From assembly GCA_001662655.1 (NCBI GenBank), contig KV460271.1: a DNA stretch of 29,648 nucleotides. One strand, given 5' to 3'. Shown in pieces: positions 10,240 to 19,957 of the stretch. Source of the DNA: Pseudogymnoascus verrucosus. Its lineage: Eukaryota. Numbering within the stretch: the first letter of the stretch is position 1; the number at the start of each line of letters is the position of its first letter. The notes beneath the pieces were generated by a model, which did no database searches, was not told the DNA's origin, and saw nothing but the letters and a program-made list of their open reading frames with translations. Both the position numbers and the translations under genes were made by a program.

Positions 10240-11786
10240 ATGGCTGTAGCAATGAAGATGTCACCCCTACCAAACAACAGTCACGAGAAGGAGGAGCAGC
10301 AGCATGCACTTGAATTTTCGTACATGGTAAATGAAAATAAGTCACTGTCTGCCATCGTTGGGAAAGCTGACCAAAACTTTGTATGTAGTACGGCTATCCG
10401 TTGCTTGAGTATGCGAAATATGTTGCATGTTATCCAAAAGCGTCAACCAACACGCTCTATCACGACCGGAGGCTCTCGACATCGGACGATCTCAAAGTCA
10501 TTCGACCTAATGTCGACACCTTGTACTCGACAATATTCATAGATGTTTCCTCGCACGATCTAGAAGTCACCGTTCCTTCTATCCCTGATCGATATTGGGT
10601 GTTCCCGTTCTATGATCCGTACGCAAAGCCTCACGCCATCCAAGCCAGATTTTTACCAATTGCTAATTTAGGTGATTCTTCTAGATATGGCAACAACATT
10701 GCCAACATCGGCAGCCTTCAAGGCCATAAACCGGGAAAATATCTCTTTCGCCTCGCCAGCAAAGATTTCGGCTTCTTTAGCGGACCTCCCCCGGAGGAAG
10801 CCGGCCATCATTGCAATTATCTAGGCTATATCAACTTCCCTACCGCCTATGGCATGGGTCTTATTCGTATCGCCTCAACGCCGGCCACTGAAGACCAGAA
10901 AATAGTCAACGTATATCAAGACCAGATCCACGTGACTCCAGTCAAGCGCCTGGATCTACAGCCCGTCGCTCCGGCTTTGGATCTCTCTCTGCTCATAACA
11001 CCAGCGTATCGCGTATCGGGCGAAAACTCTGCGGCACATGTGGTTTTGGCTTTAACCGCAGCGTTCGCAGCTCACAATCAATCCGCGGTCATTCAAGACC
11101 GGCCTTGGATCGCTGACCTCCTTGCTAAGAGTGGCATTGAACAAGGCATCTCTGGAAAGACAGACCTTTCACAAATTCATGAATATGCCGAAGCTCAAGC
11201 AGTTAAACTTGCCCGGTCTCCTAATGGTAGGCGGGAATATGGTAACGGCTGGAGTGAACTCTTCCCGGGTTGCAAAGGCAACTTTAATTCCTTTTACCAG
11301 GCGAGGTATGCAGTTGGGAAAAAGGGCTATTTGGCACTCACTAAAGACCAAGCACTTTACCCGTCTCTCGCCGCCCCTCTGATAATTGGAGCTAATGAAG
11401 CAGTCCTTCTCCGCTTTTCACGTCGACCGGCTCTAGTCCCTAGCGGATTCTGGAGCCTCACAGCGTACAATTCCGAACAGTACCTTGTCCCTAACAGGAT
11501 AAACAGGTACTGTCTTGGAGACCGCGATGATATGAGATTTGCCGATGGCAGTTCACTGGCCGATCATACCAAGGATGGCGAATTTCATATCCTGTTACAG
11601 CCGGCGGACCTTCCCCCACCGTGGGGATGGTTGAATAACTGGCTACCGGCACCGGCAGGAGGAGGAAAGTTGTCCATCACGATGAGATGGTACGGCGCCA
11701 TGGAGGAGATGATGAGCGGATCGTACGAGTGTCCTAAGATTGAACACATCAGTGCTATCACAGGGTCGCCTGTATCGAGGATGTAA
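10240..11786 (+). CDS. DUF1254/DUF1214 domain protein, about 472 aa; exons 10240-10326, 10389-10618, 10685-11786; C-terminal PTS1-like SRM
   Basis: Spliced product YMYGYPL..VIRPNVDTLYS..DRYWVFPFYDPYGNN (DUF1254) and GFWSLTAY..NWLPAP..TMRWY (DUF1214). Introns 10327-10388 (GTAAAT..CTGAC..TAG) and 10619-10684 (GTACGC..CTAAT..TAG, 66 nt, in frame). Confidence 0.85.
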
Positions 11787-11996
11787 AAGCGAAGCTGTGG
11801 AGCTCGCTAGTAGTCGCTATTGATGATTTCTTTTCGATAGAAATACTATATTTTATCGTCGCCTATCTGTCTCTGCCCTCCTATCCCGAGAATCTGTGGA
11901 CAGGCACCTCTTGGTTATCTCGCTCTACTGTATAGCAGGAGTATTTTGAGAATGTCTAAGAAGAAGAAGCATAATAACTGATTCCTCTGGCTCAGA

Positions 11997-13883
11997 TCAT
12001 GCATAGTCTAGTAGGTCGATGTCGTCAAAACCAAATATATTTGCTATTGGCCAGTCGACATAATTGTTAAAAAATCCGTCAACTAGGTCTTCTGCTTCTA
12101 TAGCATCAAGTAGCTCTAGCCTTGGAGATAGCGTTTTTGGAAAGGGGAATAGTTCGTGGACCCTCAACACTGTCAAGTGCGGTTCGGGGTTTGGCTCTGA
12201 CATATTCCTGTGTGCAGAGCTAGATGAAGCTGATGAGGGATCATTGTTTTGTGAGAGAACCTCTAGTTTTAGATGCTCAATTTTGCTGACGATGGCTTTT
12301 GAGCCCGGGAATTTAAAGCCCCTCTGTCTTAAAATATCCACAAGAGTATCGAGCTCTTCCAAGGACGAAGGTCGATGATCTGAAGAATTCCCTGGTGCAT
12401 CAATGCCCCGATTCTCTCTGGGAATGTTGTCGAGCTGCGGAAGTGAGGCCGCCATCATAGACCAGTTGTTAATAGCAGTTAGATAGTTGATGTCATCATG
12501 GTAATCCATTTCTTGGTAGAGTGCAATGATGCACGAGGAAGCCACAAGCGAGATGGAGGACGCAACTGAAAGCTGGAAGTATTTCCCGAAGTTGTGAAAA
12601 TATGTTATGATACACGTGAGATAACAGGCGAGATACTCGTAAAATTCGCGGTGATAAACTTTATTGCCTTGATCATCACATATCCGAAAGACAGCCGAGG
12701 TGCTAAACGCCCAAGTCCTTAAATCTTCAAGAACACACAACAGTTCCTCGGAAGCGGATGAGAATTCGGCATCTTTAGCGCTGAGCATTCTTGCATAGAT
12801 CTTCGCTAGTTCTGTCCAGAGAATGAATGAGTGAGCCTGATCGTTTTCGCAACCACTGAAGTCCGCTAGTGAGAGCGGACGCAGGTTGAATTCTTGCGTC
12901 CGAAGCATCTGGGGCCGGCCAAAGCAGGCGGCCTGCATCTTGTCTTGGGCATAGAGATACCACGCTATCCTACGAGCACAGCTCGGTGTGGATCTCTGGA
13001 AGTGCGTCGACTCACGATGAAGACCCATCTGGGTTGCGAGGCGCATTGCGAGTCCTAGCCAATTCCAGCTGCAGTCAATCGTAACCACCGATGGGGGTTT
13101 GACATTCCAGAGAGTGAAGAAACACAAGGTTTTGAGCGTAGTAAGCGGCTCTTTCTCATGATTCAGGAAGAACAGTATCTTAGCTTTAGCATAGTGTTCT
13201 TCGAGTTTTTGAAGGTCTTTCATCGATTTCGGATGACGAAGGAATGATCCCACAAAGCATAACGATTGTAACAGCAGAGTTGACGGGCAGGGAGTAGTAA
13301 TATCTTGACGATCCATGATTGGGATGCGATGGTACAGGTACTTGAAGTAGGCAGCGCTTGACGCATCAAGTACTGATTGCGAGGGTAACTGATCGGCTCC
13401 GGTGGCAATGACAGTCTGTATCTCGAGCGACGTCGAAAAGGAGCCTAGAGTAGCAGTGCTGTCGGAAGTCAAGGGGCCATGGTTCGACATGACTGAACAG
13501 TCTCCGATATAGCCGCCATCAGTAGGTGCAGTAAGACGAGGAGTTTGACTAAGGCGGTGTTCGCTCTCATCAATATGCTCGACGGTTGAGGGTGATTCTA
13601 GCGCGTCATTTGTTAAAGGCGGCGTCGCAGCAACATCAGGGCGCCTATCCAGTGGGAAAACCGATGTGGCTGGGTCTGGCGAACGGCGATAAGGTTGTCT
13701 TCGGGTATGTTCTCTTCTCTGACAATGTTCATCTCGCTTTTCACAGTTGGTACAGCTATCAGAAGTGTACCTTCTCGCGAGCAAGTCGCATTTGACTTTT
13801 CTCGCGTGACATCGTTTGCAAACGACTCTCGATCTGTCTCGTGGTGTTCTAGAGTGGCTAGGCGGACTAGACTCTGTAACCAT
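11997..13883 (-). CDS. Zn(II)2Cys6 transcription factor with fungal-specific domain (resembles the Ctf1-beta-like group), 628 aa, intronless
   Basis: CKRCHARKVKC..CTNCEKRDEHC cluster; MHR motif WLGLAMRLATQMGLHRE..RRIAWYLYAQD..GRP. Confidence 0.88.
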   Translation of the reverse strand: MVTESSPPSHSRTPRDRSRVVCKRCHARKVKCDLLARRYTSDSCTNCEKRDEHCQRREHTRRQPYRRSPDPATSVFPLDRRPDVAATPPLTNDALESPSTVEHIDESEHRLSQTPRLTAPTDGGYIGDCSVMSNHGPLTSDSTATLGSFSTSLEIQTVIATGADQLPSQSVLDASSAAYFKYLYHRIPIMDRQDITTPCPSTLLLQSLCFVGSFLRHPKSMKDLQKLEEHYAKAKILFFLNHEKEPLTTLKTLCFFTLWNVKPPSVVTIDCSWNWLGLAMRLATQMGLHRESTHFQRSTPSCARRIAWYLYAQDKMQAACFGRPQMLRTQEFNLRPLSLADFSGCENDQAHSFILWTELAKIYARMLSAKDAEFSSASEELLCVLEDLRTWAFSTSAVFRICDDQGNKVYHREFYEYLACYLTCIITYFHNFGKYFQLSVASSISLVASSCIIALYQEMDYHDDINYLTAINNWSMMAASLPQLDNIPRENRGIDAPGNSSDHRPSSLEELDTLVDILRQRGFKFPGSKAIVSKIEHLKLEVLSQNNDPSSASSSSAHRNMSEPNPEPHLTVLRVHELFPFPKTLSPRLELLDAIEAEDLVDGFFNNYVDWPIANIFGFDDIDLLDYA

Positions 13884-14219
13884 GGTTAATGGACAGGTAG
13901 ATTTCTGGGAAGTAGAAACAAGTAATAAGAACGTTTGTCCTTGAGGCTACACCCTGGGATATGGGATAACTTGGATGAAGACACCAACCAAAAGCTTAGT
14001 CACATAAGCCTAGCCAAGTACCCCGCATATTCCACGTGGTTCCGCTGCAGGCACCTCGGCTGTTGAATTCCAGGAGCTACTTCAACCCCATCTGGCTTCC
14101 ACACGAGTTTCTGTGAGGCGTAGACATTAACTTATATAGACGAAGGTAATTAAATGTGATAATTCACTTCCTCTAGAATCAAATAAAGCTACTCTAAGAA
14201 TTGATTATTTTGATAGTAT

Positions 14220-16142
14220 CTATATGTAACTCTGCAGCTGGTTCTTGACTTTGCTAGTAATTGATGCGAACGACAGAAGCTTATTAAGAGCCTGTACGTC
14301 ACCCTTAAGGTCGAGGATATCGCTGCTGCTGCTCTTGCTGTTCAAGAGTCGGCACAATCCGATTTTATTCAGCGTCAGGGCAAGGTCGGGCTCAGTTCTG
14401 TTAGAGGACCGTTCTCCGTTCGGTTGACTGCGGTATGTCAAAGCACCATTACTCAAAATTAACCTCCAGTCCTCACTAATGTCCCTGACATGAATATCAA
14501 TGCAGAAAGGCTTCTCTTCTTTCCCAGCTTCCTGTCCATCAATTGTGATAGAGAGTGCGCCAAACCATTGTTCTACGGACAGGTTCGGTGCAAAAGCCGC
14601 CATCCCAGATGAGTTCTTTCCTTGGGCTCTCTTGCCATTCATCAGGTCCACCGACTGACTCAAGTAGAAGTTCCTCCAAGTCGCGTTCTCAGCTCCAAAC
14701 CCTAGTTTCTCGAACACATTTGCCAGCAGGTTTTTGCATTGCAAATGTGCGATTGCATCGTTCCCAGGTTCGTCACCCGCTGCGACGACGTGGCCCAGTA
14801 ATGTCGCCGCGAATCTCAGATCTCCCTGAGATATAAATACCTGAGACTTTTTCAAGACTTCCTCCGCGCCGCCCATGCATGCTACATACCTAGCACCCTC
14901 TTCTTTCGGTGGCCACTTCCACAAATTCTCTGCTGATCCGTCGAACCAAGTCATGTAACGCTGGTAGATTGCCTTGACATTGTGGCTCACGCTTCCATAG
15001 AATCCTTGCGTATGCCACTCGCGACTCAGGCTTGGTGGAAGCACCATTCTTTCTGCGATTTCTGTCCCGTTCCATCCCTGGTTCATTTGCCTCACTGTTT
15101 GATCGTGGATAAACGCATAGAGGTCTCTTTGTTGCGCTAAAAACTTCTTGATCTTGTCGGCCCCCCAGGTTGGCCAGGCATGGCTTCCAAACTGAACATT
15201 CGACTTAGCATCTTCGCAGTACAACAGTAATGTTTCATCCAGATATCTACTCCACGCTTTGGCATCCCTTACTAAGGCACCTCTGAGTGTCGCTATATTG
15301 TGCAGCGCGTGGGTCGCGCACTCTGCAACCAATAGGGCTCTTTCGTCAGGAAAATAGATGTTTAATTCCGCAGGTGCTTCTGTATTCGGTACCATTTGGA
15401 ACGTCATCCGGACTCCGTCGATAGTCAAGGTCTGTCCCGTCTGTGTAATGTTGATAGTGGGTGGCACGAGGCTTGTTGTACCATGCGAGGTGGCCATGCC
15501 GAGGCCGACGCCGATTTGGCCCTTGGGAGACTTCGGAAGTTGAGAGCCGTACATATGTCTAGCTCGCTGCCGCATGATAGGCCCAGCGAAAATGTTCTCG
15601 GACGTAGCCTCTTCCATGAAATATTCTGGGGCAATTATTGGGACCGGGGCTGTGTCGTTATCGTTTGTGACAGGAGGCAAGACGCCTGAGGCGCCACCAA
15701 AATGATCAATATGCGAATGCGTGTAAATGATAGCCTTGACAGGGCGGACTCCTTGGTGCTTGTAGTATAGTTCTCTTGCGGCAGCAGCACATTCGCAAGA
15801 AATCAAAGGGTCGATTATAATGATACCCGTCTTGCCCTCGACGAAAGTAATGTGTGATATGTCAAAACCACGGACTTGGTAGATGGATGAACTGATGCGA
15901 TACAATCCCTGCTTGGACAGCAATTGAGCCTGGCGCCATAACTTAGGGTTCACTGTTTCTGGACACGGCTGCTGATGAAGGAAATTGAACTCGTCATTGT
16001 CCCAGACGGTGTCTCCACGGGCGTTTTTGATGACACACGGATTGAGCGATCCTACAAACCCGCGGTCTGCGTCTATGAAGTCTGCCGTGTCTTCGAACGA
16101 AGGAGAGATATTTTCGGACAATTGAGAAGTGGATGGATCCAT
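14220..16142 (-). CDS. Alkyl/aryl sulfatase of the SdsA1/Bds1 family (metallo-beta-lactamase domain, dimerisation domain, SCP2-like C-terminus), 640 aa, intronless
   Basis: DFIDADRGF, PETVNPKLWRQAQL, IYQVRGFDIS, YTHSHIDHFGG (HxHxDH), TEAPAE, HNIATLRGALVRD, FYGSVSHNVKAIYQRYMTWFDG, AENATWRNFYL. Confidence 0.93.
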   Translation of the reverse strand: MDPSTSQLSENISPSFEDTADFIDADRGFVGSLNPCVIKNARGDTVWDNDEFNFLHQQPCPETVNPKLWRQAQLLSKQGLYRISSSIYQVRGFDISHITFVEGKTGIIIIDPLISCECAAAARELYYKHQGVRPVKAIIYTHSHIDHFGGASGVLPPVTNDNDTAPVPIIAPEYFMEEATSENIFAGPIMRQRARHMYGSQLPKSPKGQIGVGLGMATSHGTTSLVPPTINITQTGQTLTIDGVRMTFQMVPNTEAPAELNIYFPDERALLVAECATHALHNIATLRGALVRDAKAWSRYLDETLLLYCEDAKSNVQFGSHAWPTWGADKIKKFLAQQRDLYAFIHDQTVRQMNQGWNGTEIAERMVLPPSLSREWHTQGFYGSVSHNVKAIYQRYMTWFDGSAENLWKWPPKEEGARYVACMGGAEEVLKKSQVFISQGDLRFAATLLGHVVAAGDEPGNDAIAHLQCKNLLANVFEKLGFGAENATWRNFYLSQSVDLMNGKRAQGKNSSGMAAFAPNLSVEQWFGALSITIDGQEAGKEEKPFCIDIHVRDISEDWRLILSNGALTYRSQPNGERSSNRTEPDLALTLNKIGLCRLLNSKSSSSDILDLKGDVQALNKLLSFASITSKVKNQLQSYI

Positions 16143-16346
16143 GATGAACGTTTTGGGTTGCAGGTTGCTGACTATGAGGTTGCTAACTCTGAAGGTAAAT
16201 CTATCAAGGAGAGAGAGGTTATCGGTTTCGCGTGTTCAAATACATATTCACTCTAAACAATTTAAGGCCGAGGTTTGATGTCTCTCGTCATCGTCACCAT
16301 ACTGCCGAATACCGAAAATTGATAACGTAGTCGATAACAAGAGGAA

Positions 16347-16662
16347 TCGGCAACCTCGGAACTATGTTTCCTAATAAGGATTAGGCTGCGGAGTCGGTAC
16401 ACTTCCATATTAGGACTAGTAGCTCTAATTTATGAGCCGAGGGAGATATCGTACGAAAACAATAGTTTCCATAGAACTAGTGTGGTTGGAGAACAAAAAA
16501 TAAAGAACCTGTAATATACCCCGCATACACTCTGACACGTAAATCCACCAAATTGTTGTGGAAACTTGGAGGCGACCTCCAGCCACAGACGAATGCTTTG
16601 TGGGGTTTTGCGGGGTTTTGCGGGGAAGTGGGGAAGAAGAATGAGCTTCGGTAAACTCGGTA
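16347..16662. promoter_or_regulatory. Divergent sulfatase/MFS promoter: CGG-N6-CGG sites (16347-16359, 16648-16662) and a SYGGRG cluster (16600-16633)
   Basis: TCGGCAACCTCGG and TCGGTAAACTCGG; GTGGGG-TTTT-GCGGGG-TTTT-GCGGGG-AA-GTGGGG. Confidence 0.55.
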
Positions 16663-16943
16663 GCCCTGAAGGTTTTTGGCACCAAAGACCTGAAATATAT
16701 GATCTATATATCTAAGTTCGACCAAACAAACTGGCTGGTCACATCGTAGGACTTCCCTCACTCACACGACTATACTCGTAAGATTTACAGCACGACCTCT
16801 CCCATTTAAGGCTTCAATTACGCCTCCCCAAAGGATATAGTTCGACTTCTAGACAAGCTTGTACTAGCTTCAGACTCTTGGAAAGACCGAAGAATCTCTC
16901 TCGAAACAATATAATGCGATAAAAAAAATAGAGCCTTGGAAAC

Positions 16944-18635
16944 ATGTCTCAAAGTGAATCATACGCCGAGAAGGACGCGGAAAAAAATGTCCTACAGGTT
17001 GAGGCAACGGACCTAAAACAGGATACCACCTGTGAGGATGAAGATCTCGGTATCTCCTATGCTGAGGGAAGAAAAATTATCCATAAGATAGATCGACGTC
17101 TTATTTCAGCTTTGGGTCTCATGTTTGGGGTTTCTCTCATGGATCGAACCAACCTGGGCTCTGCTAACATTGCTGGTATGGCAAAGGAGCTGCACCTAGC
17201 AATTGGAAATCGCTACGTAAGTCTAGCATGGCAACCCCTAAACCGCAGGATCTAGGGCTAACTATCGCAAGTCCATTGCCATTATTATGTTCTTCGTTCC
17301 GTACCTTATTTTCCAGTGGCCTAGTGCTATTCTTGCACGCCAGATCGGCCCTCGGATTTTCCTACCTGCTGTGTCGTTTGCCTGGGGCATCGTCATGTTG
17401 GGCATGGGATTTGTACATCACTGGGGCGAGTTAGTCGCTCTTCGAGCGGTTGTTGGTCTTTTCGAAGCCGCCTTATTACCAGGAGCACTGTTTCTATTGC
17501 AAATGTGGTATTGTCGCTGTGTGTATTCTTCTTTCCTCTGGGCGTAAATCTAGGACATGCTAACTTTGCGCCTCAGACGATGTGCATAAGCGATACGCAT
17601 CGTTCTATCTTATCAGCGTTGTCGGAGCATCACTTTCCGGGGTACTTTCTTATGGCTTTATGCAAATGGCAGGCGTTGGCGGCTATGGAGGCTGGAGGTA
17701 CATTTTCATCTGGGAAGGAGTGCTAACGTGTGTCATCGCTATTATCGGGGCCATTTTGATCGTCGACTTTCCTCAAAAAGCGCAGAATAGCCGGAAGTTT
17801 CTCGAACCTCGTGAGCTGGAATACGTTATCAAACTTCTACAAAGAGATCGTAACGATACTCATGAAGAGCCCTTCAACTGGGCCGCATTTTTCAAGGCAG
17901 GCTTGGACCTCAAGATCTGGCTGTTTGGGCTTATATTCTTGTAAGTATCAGACGGTATATGACAGGATGAAAATATCTCTGACAGGTTCTAGCGCTAACA
18001 CTGTGATCGCGTACGCAATCGCGCTTTTCCTCCCCATCATTCTGCATCAGAAGATGGGTTTTGGCGTTGGGATCTCACAAGTGATGATAACCCCACCATA
18101 CATCTTCGCGGGCATCTTCATGTACGTTCAAGGCTGGTTCGGAGATAAGTACCATGTCCGTGGCCCGATCGTTGTATTCAATGCGTTACTGGGAACTTGC
18201 GGGTTGTGCCTGATGGCTTGGGTCAAAGCTGCAGGTTGGCAGTATTTCGGCGTGTTTCTGGTTACAGCAACTTCCAATTCCTCAATACCAACCGTCATGG
18301 CATACCAGGCAAACAACATCCGTGGAACATGGAAGCGCGCCTCTAGCAGCGCGATCTTGGTTACAATGGGAGCAGCAGGTGGTATCGTTGGCGCGTTAGT
18401 ATTCCGAGCTCAAGATGCACCTCAATACCTTCCTGGTATGTATGCATCCATCGCGTAAGTCAATTTCCCTTGCTGCTGACTCTACAAACGCGGTGGACTG
18501 ATATGTTGCAGGTGCTGTATACTACAAGTGTTTATTGTTGGCGTTCTGTCTCTACAGTTTAGTAGAATGAACAAGAAAGTCGCCAATGGAGAGGCCATCA
18601 TCGAGGGCTTGCCAGGTTTTCTCTATACCTTGTAG
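16944..18635 (+). CDS. MFS transporter, anion:cation symporter (Dal5/Tna1-like) family, about 489 aa; exons 16944-17216, 17272-17518, 17577-17940, 17993-18454, 18512-18635
   Basis: KIDRRL..MDRTNLGSANIAG, LRAVVGLFEA, GWRYIFIWEG, ANNIRGTWKR, FRAQDAPQY, C-terminal GFLYTL. Four 52-58 nt GT-AG introns with CTAAC/CTGAC/CTGAT branch sites restore one frame. Confidence 0.9.
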
Positions 18636-19117
18636 ACAATGTTACATTTATAAGGAGCTTAATTGATAAGGGTAACCCTAAGTGGAAGGGTTTTCTAGAG
18701 GTTGAAAATTATAGTAGTCTCATCTTGACAATTTTAGTTATGAGCTGAGACACACGTTTGCAGTTTTATAACGCTATGCAATTAGAGAAATATTAAAGCT
18801 TCATCTAAGCATACATTAGTGCTCTGTGTGTTACTCTTACTGTTTTGACATCAAGTTGCTACATCGAATAACAAAGGTAACACAAGTGACAAACTATAAG
18901 TAACACTGTTCAAAAAGCAGAAGAGTAGTACAGCTAGAAAACAACTGCAGTAAGAAACTATTAGTAAATGTATAACGTATTTCGCATGCTAGTTGCGCAC
19001 ACAATCTAATGTCTGCCACTGGCGGCCTTGTATCGCGGCTACCAGTGGACTAAACGTGTGGTAATGGCTGCTTGAAACCGAGAAATGGCTAGCTGATTTT
19101 GTAAACTGCCTAAAACC

Positions 19118-19957
19118 TCATTTCCACCCAGAACTCATCTCCACCCCTCCGGTCAAAACATTGCACTGACCTTTCCCAACACAGCTGTGCAAATTCCCCT
19201 GCCTCAGCGTATCCTGCTGGCCTGACACCGTATCTATCAAATTCGAAATGACTCGCAACCTCTCACTCCAACTCCTAACCCCCCTCGTCTGCCCCATCAC
19301 CGCCAGCGGGCCCACAAAATTGCTCAGCATGAGCACTGACTCCTCCTCTGCCGGCTTACCCTTCCATAAACCCATATACTCCAGTATATCCCCCCTAAAG
19401 CTCATCAGCCACGGATGAACCGTCGTCAGGTAATCGTGCACGCTGACAAAGTCCCTCCCGTCCAAGGGCGTTACTACAAGTCTCGCCGTCTTCCCACGCG
19501 GCCGGTCCGTCCCGCAGCACCGCAGCAGACACGGCCTCTCGCCGTATCCAGGCAGCATGCCGTACTGCGGGGCCGCGGTGAGCTGCCAGTTAGGCTCGGA
19601 GTGGCCACGGTGGCATAGTAACCACTCGTCCTCCCAATACTCGAGCGCAAAGACGCGCACTAAAATTGAGGGGACCGGCGGCTTGGTCATGGGCGTCTGC
19701 GAGATGGCGTGCCAGGTGCTGGTGCCTTCGGCGGTGAGCTGAAGGTACAGCTCGATGGAGGTGGGGTTGTCGCGTTTGTCCAGCACCCAGATGGAGGTGG
19801 AGAGAGGGCCGTTGGGGGTGCAGAAGATGCGTTCACTGGAGGCGGAGTCGGTGAAGTGCTGCTGCTCTTGGGTGGCACGAGCCCGCATTTGCGCATCGGG
19901 TCCGTCATCTCCCTGGATCCGCAATCGCTCTGAAATATCGAAAGATGATGACATCAT
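19118..19957 (-). CDS. Hypothetical protein, 279 aa (3' end uncertain)
   Basis: GC-rich 840-nt ORF between AT-rich flanks; contains LLRCCG..FVSVHDYLTTVHPWL; no function recognised. Confidence 0.6.
   Translation of the reverse strand: MMSSSFDISERLRIQGDDGPDAQMRARATQEQQHFTDSASSERIFCTPNGPLSTSIWVLDKRDNPTSIELYLQLTAEGTSTWHAISQTPMTKPPVPSILVRVFALEYWEDEWLLCHRGHSEPNWQLTAAPQYGMLPGYGERPCLLRCCGTDRPRGKTARLVVTPLDGRDFVSVHDYLTTVHPWLMSFRGDILEYMGLWKGKPAEEESVLMLSNFVGPLAVMGQTRGVRSWSERLRVISNLIDTVSGQQDTLRQGNLHSCVGKGQCNVLTGGVEMSSGWK

Noticed and set aside
14032..14039. CCACGTGG palindrome (bHLH E-box) upstream of the regulator
   Set aside because: Single short site; could be Cbf1- or Pho4-like, or chance.
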